A stretch of 64,000 nt of DNA, taken from Octopus bimaculoides. Taxonomy: Eukaryota. Below the pieces are notes generated by a model. That model was given only the letters and a program-made list of their open reading frames with translations. It was not told where the DNA came from and ran no database searches. The position numbers and the translations under genes were made by a program. Shown here piece after piece: positions 1-11,790 of the stretch; position 1 is the first letter of the stretch; every line of letters begins with the position of its first letter. The DNA lies in contig NC_069000.1 in assembly GCF_001194135.2 (NCBI RefSeq), positions 7,993,087 through 8,057,086 of the forward strand, written 5' to 3'.

Positions 1-124
1 AAAAAATTTGTGAAGAAAAATATAAGAAAAAGAACATTGTGCGTGTAGCATGCATCAAGTGTTTAGAATTGAACATCAGTAAAACTAAACAAGTGAAGAG
101 AAACTTTTTGTAACAACTTCATAC

Positions 125-302
125 CTTCGTCTTGACCATCATCCCTAAGATTGTCATCAGTTGGACAGATGTTTCCTTTCCTTTTGTCTAAAAGAGCTCT
201 TATCCTTTCCCAGGCTAATGCGAAACTTGATGGTTCAACTTCTTGTTCAACACTATCAGAACCAAAGGCGCCCAGGACCAAACCGATGAACAGAAAGAAA
301 AG
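125..302 (-). CDS. Nav2: Nav2 exon: DII S6 second half and start of II-III linker (LFFLFIGLVLGAFGSDSVEQEVEPSSFALAWERIR...DDGQDE)
   Basis: Acceptor ttgtttttctag, in frame with ORF 63..281. Donor gtatga at 124 is the best local candidate, so the 3' boundary is less certain. Confidence 0.85.
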
Positions 303-2118
303 CTAGAAAAACAAAGATACATGAGTCTGTAGATAACTGATTGTAAAAGCGTAGAATATAGGTAAAGAAAGATAGTTAATTTTTATCACTATTGTAATCC
401 GTAATTTATAGGAATCAAAATCCATCCATTCACATATTTCAGAGTTGTTGATTAACAAAGCAGTTTTGCCTGCCTTTTATAATAAATGATGGAACATGCA
501 TTTGTAATGAGATTCAAGTGATTTTACACAATTCTATTGTTAGTTATTAACAAAAAAAACAAAAAAAAAAAAAATCAAAGGCCCTTTCTGAGCCAAAGGC
601 TCATAAAGCTGGTTTCTAGGATTCTGTGGGGGATATATTCCTTCCCACTTCACCCACCACCACCTTTAGTTATGCTGGCCTGTGACAGGTTTACTTATTT
701 TTGCTGACTGAGTGAAACGAAGTGGTTTGCTCAAGAACACAGTGTATTGCCCAGCCCTGGAATCGAAACCACAATCTTATGATTTTGAGTGCAACACTCT
801 AACCACTAAGTCATATGCCTCCACGATTAACATAACACTATAAGGTTATTATAGAATATACAAAACTACGTTCATCACATAGCTACAGAAGAAATGTGAA
901 GAAATATTAGTAATTCATAAGTAAAACAAAATCTAGCAATTAATAATATGAAATACAACTAAAAGAAGCAGTTATTGATTATCATTTGGAGGTGTAGCCA
1001 ATCAAATAGTCAGACATTCTTAATATTGCAATTGAAACTGTATCATGTTTCTCCATCTTTTCAATTAATGGGCTGGTTTCTGATAGCTGAACTTTTTTAT
1101 GATAAATCATGTTTTTCTAGCACTGAATGATATGTAAGGTTAAACTTTATACTCTGGAGTGGCTGTATCTTTGAAACACTAGAAGGCAATGATTTAACAT
1201 TCACGAAAGCAAGTAGGATTTCTTCATCACATTGTTTTATCATCTTGTTTGTTTTGATTAAATTATTCAATGGTTTTAAGGTGTGTTAAATATGACATTA
1301 AATTTCACTTAAACACCTATGGAAGTTTACCATGATTGAAATTCAATCTGATGACTTAAATTGGGATAATGAAAAGATTCTCAAGATGGCAGAATAAGAT
1401 ACTCCAGAGAAAATAAAACTCCATTTACAAGGTAGCAAATATTCTATGTTTATAAATGTTTTCTAATTTTGCTGCCTATAGAACTTGTTTTTTGGCATAT
1501 GATTTCATACAAAGCTGGTCTGGCAATATCTTCATGAATTAAAGACAATTCACTACCTCTTTTAGCAAGGTACCATTGATTGTGTCAGGAAGAAATTTCT
1601 GTTAAGTGTTTGGTGGGTCATCATTGTTAATACCGTGGCAAAATGTTCAATCATCTTAAAACTAAGACATTATTATTAACAGCAAGACATTCTCTATGGC
1701 TGTATAAGATTCAAGATTCCTACCCCCAAACAAGTTTTAGTCTGAATTGAAGAAGATTTACTAACAACAACAAAAGAATTATGGCCATTTCTAGTAATGC
1801 TAGTGGATTCTTCCACTTAATCTGTAGGAATGGTAACTTACAATGTAAAGGTCTTCCTAGCTTTATGAAACACAGTAAAGTCACCTTTCAATTAGTTTCC
1901 CTGTCAAATACTCATATGTACTCAAAGACAAACATATTCATATATTTTGCCTGCATTATAATTTTTGTTAAGCTTCTATCTAATTGATGTATGCAGAAAA
2001 AAAAAGGTACCTAAATATGCATAAAGTTAAGAATAACAACTAATCTATATTTTAGTCAACAATAATGTCGGATTTAAAGTGCATTTAATATAGACAGTTA
2101 GAAATCTATGTTACTTAC

Positions 2119-2266
2119 TGTTTTGCCAAACACGGTAACTGGTATGAAGATAAGGAAACAAAGACCATTACAAGCACGCATACAATCATACATGGGTTCA
2201 ATCCATTCTCCACATAAAATTCGAAAGACCATCATAAATGAATGGAGGAAATCATTAAAGTTCCAC
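2119..2266 (-). CDS. Nav2: Nav2 exon: DII pore loop (filter residue E in CGEW) and first half of S6 (WNFNDFLHSFMMVFRILCGEWIEPMYDCMRACNGLCFLIFIPVTVFGKT)
   Basis: Acceptor ttttatttcag, donor gtaagt, 148 nt, phase 2 to phase 0. Confidence 0.96.
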
Positions 2267-3858
2267 CTGAAATAAAAGACAGACTGTTAATTGGTGATAA
2301 AAGAAAATATGGTAACTGCACAATAAATTGCGAATAACAAACTTTGAAATGAATGCCACAGTATATGATTATATAGTCAAGAAATTGGTAATGTATCTTT
2401 TATTGATACAATTATGATAATTTTGCTTTTCTACTGACAGCATTCTAGATATTTCTTCTATGGTAGAGTTCAAGAAATTTGTAGATAACTTAATGGAGCA
2501 CGTATTTTTAGTGTCAATAACAACTAATCAATCAAGAAATGAGAGTGTTAGTCAGACTGAACAACTAGAGTAATATACTTGGTTTAGAGTGTCAATACAA
2601 TAGCTGTAAGAGGGCTTGAATAGATGATATTGCAGTCATTAAAACCAATATCTTACATAAACTCATATGTTCCAAGGGAATATTAACTGAAAAGATTTAC
2701 ATTTCTATTGTTTCAAACAACTTTTAAAAAGAAATCTGTTATATCTGAAGCAATGAAATTAATCTAATAACATCCTTTGCAGTTTTGATGAAGATACTGT
2801 TACTGAAATTTTCTTATGGATTTCATTTAATTATCATAATACTACAATGGTTTAGACATGTTCAACTTTAGCACATTTGGCAAGATTCCAAATGTTTATA
2901 ATGGAATAGAAACATCACTTTGTGTAACATAGCATGTCTAATTAAAACAGAGATTGAATATCTGAGTATTCTCACTAATATTTTTTATGGAATAAAGTCA
3001 CAAACGTCTTCATGTACATATAAAATGCACATCCATATTCATACCTAGGCATCATAAGTATTTATTATATATATATATAATTAAGTTGCAAAGAATGTCA
3101 TCATCATCATCAACATGATGTATACCTCCGATGTTTGTATAGATCAGATTCATTAAGGCAGATTTTCTGTGGCTAGATGCTTTCTCTGTTGCTAACCCCA
3201 CCTGCTTCCTAACAAGTTAATAGTTTCCTCTAGTTTGGGTATGTTATATGAGGTAACAGACGCTTGTATGAGGGTGAAATTTGTTCACAGTTAACGTGTA
3301 ATGTCAAGACAAGCAGATAGAAACTCACCCCTTCACACATTCATACACACACACACATATAGCTATGTGGTAAGAAGCTTGCTTTCCAACTACATGGTTC
3401 CAGGTTCAGTCCCACTGCATGGTACCTTGGGCAAGTGTCTTCTACTACAGCCTTAGGCCAACCAAAGCTATGTGAGTGGATCTGGTATATTTAGAAAAGG
3501 AAGGTGTGGAGTGGTGGAGACACATACACGTGCACATATATATAAGTATGTGAATGTATTGGAAAGCGGACGTTAAACGATGATACATATATATATATAT
3601 GCACACACACATATATACATACAATACATACACATACAGCCATATATATATATATATATGTATATATATGTGTATGTATGTATNNNNNNNNNNNNNNNNN
3701 NNNNNNNNNNNNNNNNNNNNNNNNNNNNNNNNNNNNNNNNNNNNNNNNNNNNNNNNNNNNNNNNNNNNNNNNNNNNNNNNNNNNNNNNNNNNNNNNNNNN
3801 NNNNNNNNNNNNNNNNNNNNNNNNNNNNNNNNNNNNNNNNNNNNNNNNNNNNNNNNNN

Positions 3859-4148
3859 GAGGTCATTGCCAGTGTCGCTGGACTGGCTCCTATGCAGGTG
3901 GCACATAAAAAACACCACTTGAGCTTGGCCGTTGCCAGTACCGATGACTGGCCCTCATGCCTGTGGCGTGTAAAAGCACCCACTATACTCTTGGAGTGGT
4001 TGGCGTTAGGAAGGGCATCTAGCTGTAGAAACCCTACCAGATCAGATTGGAGCCTGGTGCAGCCATCTGGTTCGCCAGTCCTCAGTCAAATCATCCAACC
4101 CATACTAGCATAGAAAGCGGACGTTAAACGATGATGATGATGATGATG
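3859..4148. mobile_element. Interspersed repeat family D ending in (GAT)n
   Basis: ...GGAAGGGCATC.AGCTGTAGAAAC...GCATAGAAAGCGGACGTTAAACGATGATGATG. Related copies near 8815, 28405, 48790, 54190 and 63850. Confidence 0.7.
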
Positions 4149-4510
4149 ACATGCATATACAAACACACATACATACACATGTACACACACTCTATCTCAC
4201 ACATACACATACATGCACACACTCACACATATGAGAGAAAGATATATTTAAGTATTTTGCTCTTATACTACATTTAGATAATTCAAATAAGAAAATGACA
4301 TCAAAAGTTAGATTCACTTCTGGCTATGATTTTAGAGTGAAAAAAAATATAAAAACATACTATTGATTTGTAGATATATCATCTAGTAGATATATGGCTT
4401 TATAGAGGAATCATAAAAACTCTCAAGTTTGCTGTTTAAAAAATTACAGAAAAAAAACAGTAAATAAAATTAGAGAGAGAGAGAGAGAGGGGAGGGAAGG
4501 AGAAAGGAGA

Positions 4511-4605
4511 GAGAGTATGGTAAATGTGAGAGAGTATGGTAAATGTGAGAGAGTATGGTAAATGTGAGAGAGTATGGTAAATGTGAGAGAGTATGGTAAA
4601 TGTGA
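4511..4605 (+). repeat. Perfect 19-bp tandem repeat x5 (GAGAGTATGGTAAATGTGA)
   Basis: Read directly. Confidence 0.95.
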
Positions 4606-6922
4606 ATGTGAAATTGGAGGAGAGAAATCTGGAAATGTTTCAAATTTCTTGAAAAGTGGCAAAAAGGATAAAGAGAGGTTTGTTTAATAGTGCATATCAA
4701 GAGCTCTATAGAAAGCAGCTGTAATAAACAGTCAAAATATTGGTTGTTGCTGGCAGATAAACATCTGATGGAACAGAGAAAAGTTTAAACAAGAAAAGAG
4801 ATATAACACTTTAAACTTAGTGGAAGATACCATTTTAAACCTGTCTTTGACACACTTGACTTTTCTTCAAATTTTTTTCTTCTTGTTTTCCTTTCAATGA
4901 AAAATCAAAAGTCACATAAAAACTAAATACAGAATTTTAATGCTTCTGTAAAAGTGACTTTTTCCTTCCCATTGAAAGCTTCCAAAAGTGTTATTTACTG
5001 CTTATCTAAACATTTTGTGTTTGGTTTTATATTTTTGTTTTAAAATATTTGATGAAGTAAAAATTAAACAGAAAACGTATACACGTTCTTTTAATGAATT
5101 CATAATAGAACTAGAAGTTGAGCAATTTTTTCTTCACAATAGATTTTAAAAATCAATTTAACTATTTCTTTTTAGTACAGGAAACAAGTTTGTCACTTGT
5201 TACCTTAATTTGAAGCTACGTATTCGAAAATTACAATGAAATATCGCTGAAGCAAAATTGAAATTTGCTCTCCATGAATTAATTACACTCCTGATGGATA
5301 TTTTTACTCTCTTTGTTCTTGATTATTTCTTCAGTGATAGTGTTTGTCAGAGGCACTGAATGTAACTTTCATTCAGTTCCCTTATATAAAAGGTACTGAA
5401 TTTGTTACACAAAATTTTAACCCAAAACATGGGGTTTTGTAAAAGCTGTTTTTTGTTATGTTGGTAGACAACAGTAAACTGTTTAAATACATCTATTTCT
5501 TAGATTAGAATAATCAGAGAGAATTTGAGACCTTTTTATGATCAGGGTGAGGTAATTTTATTGAATACTAGACTACCCATGACCTGTTCAGTCACCAATA
5601 GTTCAAGGAATTAAAAAAAACTGCATATCTCAGGAATCCATGATCCAATTTACTCGAAACTTGTGTTATTCCATTTGTGTTCACATTTCACATTTCAATG
5701 ATGCCTTACTTTCAAAGCATTTTCCCCAGTATATGCTGGTTTGGCTGTTTATAAAGGCACCCCAAAAAACTATGTAACTTGGTAACCTGTGGTCTGATTT
5801 GCATGAAACTTGTTTTATTCTGTTCATGAGCATCTGATTCATAATGTCTCCTGCTTTTGTCTATTTCCTCCTGTTTTGCCAGATGCTCAGTTCTTACTTT
5901 ATCAGTCTCATTGATCCTTCTATTTGCATACCTGTCCTGATCTTGGATAAATGTTTTGTAAAGGACCTGTTCGTACTTCGGTGTGAAATAATTTTCTCCA
6001 CAGGTTTTTTCAAGTGCATTCAACATATCTCACCTCCAAACCTGCTGCAAGCCACTTTCCTCCGGAACAGAAAGGGGAAAGGGGTGGTGGGGACCTTGGA
6101 GTTTCCTGGGAAACCCTGAGTTTCCCTATCAATAGAATTTTGTTTCACGGGTCTTTTTTCCTTTTCCAGGTTATTTTGTATGCTTTCAACAAATGTGACA
6201 TCAAAACCATGAGTAAACGACTCCATTCCCCAGAAAAGGAAAGATTTGGCTGCTATTTCTAGCACACCCTGCTACCATGTAACAGCTAATTCAGGTCCTT
6301 TATTGCAAAATGAGCTAATATTATCAAATGTTTAGAAATGCATATGGTTTAAACATTAATTCATATTAACAGATTACCAGAGAAACTATTGGTGAAATAG
6401 TTTAAGGTCAAGTACACTTCCCTACAAATTCTTTCTTAATGGACTTTTAAAAGTAAGTAGATGTTTAGATGTCTTTAAAGCATCATCTCCATTCATTGGA
6501 GTTATATATATATATATCATTATGTCTTGTCCAGCTCCAACATCACTAATGTCTCTGTGCTTAAATATCTATTTTTTTCAATGCTGGCATTAAGTGAATA
6601 GATTTTCAAAATGATTTCTCTTCAGTTGTTTCCATCTATCTTTCATTGCATTATTTTTTGTGGAAGTAAATTGTCTTAGATCAACCGTAACAACTCTTCT
6701 TTTTCTACAACAATTAATAAGAAGAAAACATTTTACTGTCATACCAATAAAAAAAAAACCAAGTCAATTATTCCAACTTTGAACAAAGTAAAATGAATTG
6801 CTTCAGCTCTGCTTCACTGGCTTAGCATATATACAGAAATATTGATCTCAGAAAGGCATTAACTTAAAAAGGAAATAAGTTAAAACTGACTATGTACAAG
6901 GTTGAAATAAACTGCCATTTAC

Positions 6923-7116
6923 CTGGGAACTGGCTCTCCTTTGAATTTGTCAGGTGTGTATTCAGTATGAAATAATTGTAATCCCGTAACCGCAAAGATA
7001 TAGATGATAATAATAAGTATTATGGTCAAATATCCCAACGAGCCGAGTGTATTAAGAATTATACACAGCAGCAACCTCATTGTTGTCCAGGACTGGGCTA
7101 AACGGAAAACGCGTAG
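6923..7116 (-). CDS. Nav2: Nav2 exon: DII S4 end, S4-S5 linker and S5 (LRVFRLAQSWTTMRLLLCIILNTLGSLGYLTIILIIIIYIFAVTGLQLFHTEYTPDKFKGEPVP-R)
   Basis: Acceptor atatttcag, donor gtaaat, 194 nt, phase 0 to phase 2. Not in the ORF track; read by hand. Confidence 0.95.
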
Positions 7117-8406
7117 CTGAAATATATCAAAGAAAGCAATTCAAAATAATTGCAAAGAAATTATTGCTTCTATTAACAGTTCATTTGCATGATATTGAAA
7201 TGGAATGGCGTTAATTAACACTGTTACAATACTGAAATGCATTTAGATTATGTAGTTCATAATTGAACTATAGATTTTGATCATTAGATTGGTTTTATTA
7301 AAAAATGCCTATCCTTTTATATTTCCTGTAATATGGTTTAAGTCTTCTGTCTGTCTCTATGGACATCCTATTTCCCCCTTTCTGAATACTTTTCATTGAA
7401 CAAAACTTTCTCAACAATGATGTAGAATGATAGTCATTCTTGTATTAAACAAATGACTGATCTGTCTTTTATTAGTTAAAGAAAGAACCAAGGCGATAAC
7501 ATTCTATTGAATGTTAAGGTCATAATGATAGAGGATTTAAGTTTTTATATCTTGCGCTAATGAGACAGTCAAGTTGTAAATTATGCCAATATTGCCCAGG
7601 AGGGAGACTCATTAATTTGCAGCAAAGATCTTAATTTGTCCAATCACTTGATGCTAAAACATTATACAGATGCTGTTCTACTAATTATTCACATGATATT
7701 ATTTACAAATGAACTTGCACCAATGATTAATATATTAATCACAGAATTTTATAAAATTCATTTTTGTTAGACTTAGTAAGAACGAGAATATATAGTTGAT
7801 TGATTGATACTCATCTTAATTTAGTCAGATGATCAACAAGTATTTTATTATTGTTAAATTAGATTTACTTGTTTGATAAGTAGAATATGAAGTGTAGAGA
7901 AAATATATAGTTCAGTCCACTTGTGTTACATCTACAATAGAAAATGTTTCAGGGACACTGCTTGGAATAAACAAATGGGAAACTGATTTAGCCCCAAACT
8001 TGCCATTAGCTTGAGACTGTGATCTACATATGAAACTGTTTATGAACCATTCATTATCATACAGGAGGTATTGTACAGTTCAAGGGGTTGTAACTATTCA
8101 TAAAGATAATAATATGCTAAACTGAAGAGAATAAGGATCAGCATTAAAACTAATGTAATGAATAAAATATCAATAGTCTGTCAAATGGTTCAGGATTATT
8201 TTATTTGGCAACAAAGCTCAATAATATTTCAATACTGAGGAATTGTGTGATATAAAAAGAATAAAAAATTCTGGAAAAAAAAATTTGAATTCCAATAGGC
8301 AAAGATAAGTCAAGATATCCTGAAGGTACTAGACTAGTCATCTTAAATAGGGTTAAACTTTAAGACGTTTTTGGGATTTATTTTAAAGAAACAAAATAAC
8401 ACTTAC

Positions 8407-8577
8407 CAGTCGAAAAGACCGGAATACAGATACACCTTTAAGCCCCTCCACTCCTAAATCAATTAAGCTTGCAGCAACAACAATCAAATCAAATACATTC
8501 CAACCACTTTTGAAATACTGTTTGTTAAATGCAACAATCTTCAGAAGAGCCTCTAACAGGAAAACTGATGTGAAAAC
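8407..8577 (-). CDS. Nav2: Nav2 exon: DII S2, S3 and start of S4 (VFTSVFLLEALLKIVAFNKQYFKSGWNVFDLIVVAASLIDLGVEGLKGVSVFRSFRL)
   Basis: Acceptor tttcatttcag, donor gtaagt, 171 nt, phase 0 to phase 0. YF..GWNVFD motif. Confidence 0.96.
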
Positions 8578-8954
8578 CTGAAATGAAACAAAACAGAAGT
8601 ACATTGAGAGAAAGAGCACTGCAAATTATGTTACAATAATGCTTCATATAGACTATTTTTTAGAAGAGCCCATGTTCTAATTGTCTTAATCTGCTTCTTT
8701 CAACTTAGTTTCTTAACTTAAGAAACAAATTAATAACTTGAAAATGCCCAAACATATAACATCTATGCTAGTTTGAGAACATTGGATGTAAAATATATCA
8801 ACACAGACACACACACATTAGGAAGGGCATCCAGTTGTAGAAACCATGCTAAAGCAGACACTGGAGCATAACATAACCTTTGGACCCATTGGATCCTGTC
8901 AGACCATTTAATTCATGCCAGCATAGAACACATTAAATGGTGATGATGACGATG

Positions 8955-9081
<127 letters not shown>

Positions 9082-9436
9082 CTCATTTAATTGCAAAGTA
9101 TAAGCGCATATGTGGTAAGCAAAGAAATGTGTTAAATTCTGTCACTATACATAGCTGACATTGTTATTCAGCCCAAAGTCAGCACTCACGAAACAGATTG
9201 ATGATTAAAGGCACTCCAACCATGACCCTTGCGTTATGCTTTTAGTATGTAAGACTATATGTGTTTATTTTTTCTCAGAATAACGGTTTATGATTACGGG
9301 AGATGTAGCTACTATTTCTAGCAGAAAAAAGTGACCATATGGAAGCTATCTCGTTGACTCGTCTTGTTATTTAGCCACAAGGAAATCTTGATTGAACAAA
9401 CTAATGATCAAAAACATTCCACTTGTGACCATTTTT

Positions 9437-9851
9437 CAGTTAACATGCAGTTTATTTTCGTAAACAAAGGAACGGGAATTGTCCTAAAAAAAAAAAAATA
9501 ACGGAAGCAGCGACGGACAATTTACTTTCGCTACTAGTCCCACATTGTTCGCCATCGTCTATGTGTAGATATTGTCATCGTTTGGGTCAACAAAATTGAG
9601 GAAATGGTCCGCAACAGCATGAGTACGAAGTTTTCAAGACCCACATACGAAGCCCACCTATCGGATATCAAACGTGTTCCTGGAAATAGTCGATGATTTA
9701 TAACGGACCAAAGTGTTTCGTGCGTGCGATCGGGGACTGAGTTCTTTATACACTTTTATCAAATGTTGATATATTTCACTGTCATCACTTCCTGATTTTT
9801 TTTTAGGACAATTTATTATCATTTTTACGACAGTAAGCTGCATGTTAACTG
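9437..9851 (-). mobile_element. Merlin/ISXO2-like (IS1595-family) DDE transposase relic between ~60-bp imperfect inverted repeats
   Basis: Minus strand ~9530-9740 reads VPDRTHETLWSVINHRLFPGTRLISDRWASYVGL, frameshift, THAVADHFLNFVDPNDDNIYT*T. Flanks CAGTTAACATGCAG...AATTGTCCTAAAAAAAAA are inverted at 9437 and 9851. Confidence 0.8.
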
Positions 9852-9959
9852 CAAGGAACACGAGGCCACATTATTTAATACATCCCTTTCAAGGACGTTG
9901 AGGAGAGATCGGAAGCAGATTTGGCTGCTATTTCTTGCATAGCGAGTGAAAACAGAGAA

Positions 9960-10200
9960 GGTCCCCTTATGGCTACACGCAAGCGTGCATCTTTGAGTAC
10001 GTGCATGAGTATATGCACGTATGTAATGCGTGTGTGTGTGCGCGCGCGTGCATGCGCGTATACGTAACAGAACCTTGCATTGAGGTTCTCTCCAAATCGC
10101 AAAGCGCGCGGGGGGGTGGGGGTGGAGGAACTCCACGCATGCGCTCTAGTGGGACTTTGTATCGTCTGCTCCAGAGTTAAGTAAAATGCCGGAGCGCATT
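9960..10200. promoter_or_regulatory. CpG-rich promoter-like patch (NRF1-like and Sp/KLF-like motifs)
   Basis: Dense CpG in an otherwise CpG-poor window. GTGCATGCGC at 10048, ACGCATGCGC at 10135 and GGGGGTGGGGG near 10112. Confidence 0.4.
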
Positions 10201-10583
10201 CATATTTCCAGAAGATTTACTGTTATTCAAAAATTAAACGGCAACAAAGAATAATAGAAAGATGAGAAAATAGATTTGTTGAAGTGGAAAACGCGAAATA
10301 TAATGATTTCTGAAATACTGAATGTTGTTGTATGTAAGTAAATTTGCCATATTAAATGTTGAAGACGATCTCAGAAGGAAGGTTTAGAAAATGGGGGAAT
10401 GGCCATTTAATGAATACTAAAACATACTGGAATGAAAACAACCATAAATTATTGATAAAGATGCAACGATATTTCTAGGAAACTCGACCCAGAAAAATAT
10501 CGGTTATCTTATTTGGATTAAAATGTCTTTTCACTAGAAAACTTAACATATGGACACAAGTGTGTCGTCTTCTCCTCTCCCCT

Positions 10584-11790
10584 GGTTGACTTTATTTCCT
10601 CATAACTTTCAGAAAAATTAGTTTTCTGATAAAATTTTCTACATATACTTTTCAGATGGTGTAGATTCCGATCATATCGGAATTTAATGAGGAAAAAAAA
10701 ATGGTATTCGCGTATACATACTGACACACATCACATAATTTTTCCAAAATTTCAAGATTCATTTTGTGCATCAGTAAGTATGTGTGCACCCTCACCATTC
10801 CCCCAACTCCCTTAAATTCCGATATACCATATTTTAACGTGTATAAGGAACCCTTGGGGGGCTTAAAATTTGATTTAAAAAAAAGGTATGTTATTACACC
10901 CTTCTCTCTTGTAAGGGATTATAATATTTTCCATGTATGAGAGACTCCCATATCTTTTTAACCTAATTTTTGACAAAAAAAAAAAAGGGGTATTTGTAGA
11001 AAACATTTTTCTGAAAGCTATGAGGAAACAAAATTGATAGGGCGCATTTGTGTAGATATGCTTATAACTCCATTATTTCTTACTCCAGGAATTTACTCAA
11101 AGAACAACCATAAATAATAACTATATTCAGAATTTCTATTTTATTAACCTTCACTCAGTTCTGACCGTTCATTTTTTTTTTCTTTTTTGGCAGACCTACA
11201 GAAGTCGACTTTGTTTCCTCATAACTTCCAGAAAAATGGATATTTTTTAATGAAATTTTCTATAAATATGCTTCTGGCGGTGTAGATTCCGATTATGTCA
11301 GAATTTGTAGAGAAAAAAAAAAATTTCCGAGGCTGGGCTGAGGAGTTTCGGAAAATTCTCACGAGTAGGTTCTTTTTTTTTTTGATGAAATTTTCTACAA
11401 ATAACTTTCGGAGAGAGTATATTATGATTATATTGTAATTTAATATGAAAAAGAAAATTGATGGACTCATACATAGTGATACGTCACAATTTTTTTTTTT
11501 TTTTCTGAAATTTCAAGCTTTTTTTTTCATATCAAATTCTGGTTAAATCAGAATCTACAGACTCTGAAAGATATTTGTGGATAATTTCATTAAAAAATTA
11601 CTCATTTTTCTGAAAGTTATGCGGAAACAAAGCCAATACATATGAATTTTCTGCCCCTACCCTTGGAAAAAAAGTTTTGTTTTCACCATATATTCCAATA
11701 TAATGGAAATCTACACCATCTGAAGAATATTTGTAGAAAATTTCATTAAAATATATCCATTTTTCTGGAAATTATGAGGAAACAAAGTTG
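10584..11790. mobile_element. Modular foldback/MITE-like element built from a ~100-bp module in both orientations
   Basis: Module TTTCCTCATAACTT.CAGAAAAAT...TGAAATTTTCTA.AAAT...GGTGTAGATTCC occurs forward at ~10585 and ~11207, and reverse at ~10990-11035, ~11545-11632 and ~11695-11790. Confidence 0.65.

Noticed and set aside
3360-3440. tRNA-like heads with A/B boxes (here and in other SINE copies)
   Set aside because: They continue into SINE bodies and do not form a full cloverleaf, so they are not tRNA genes.
4511-4605. Regular short direct repeats as a possible CRISPR array
   Set aside because: No unique spacers, eukaryotic context and no cas genes.
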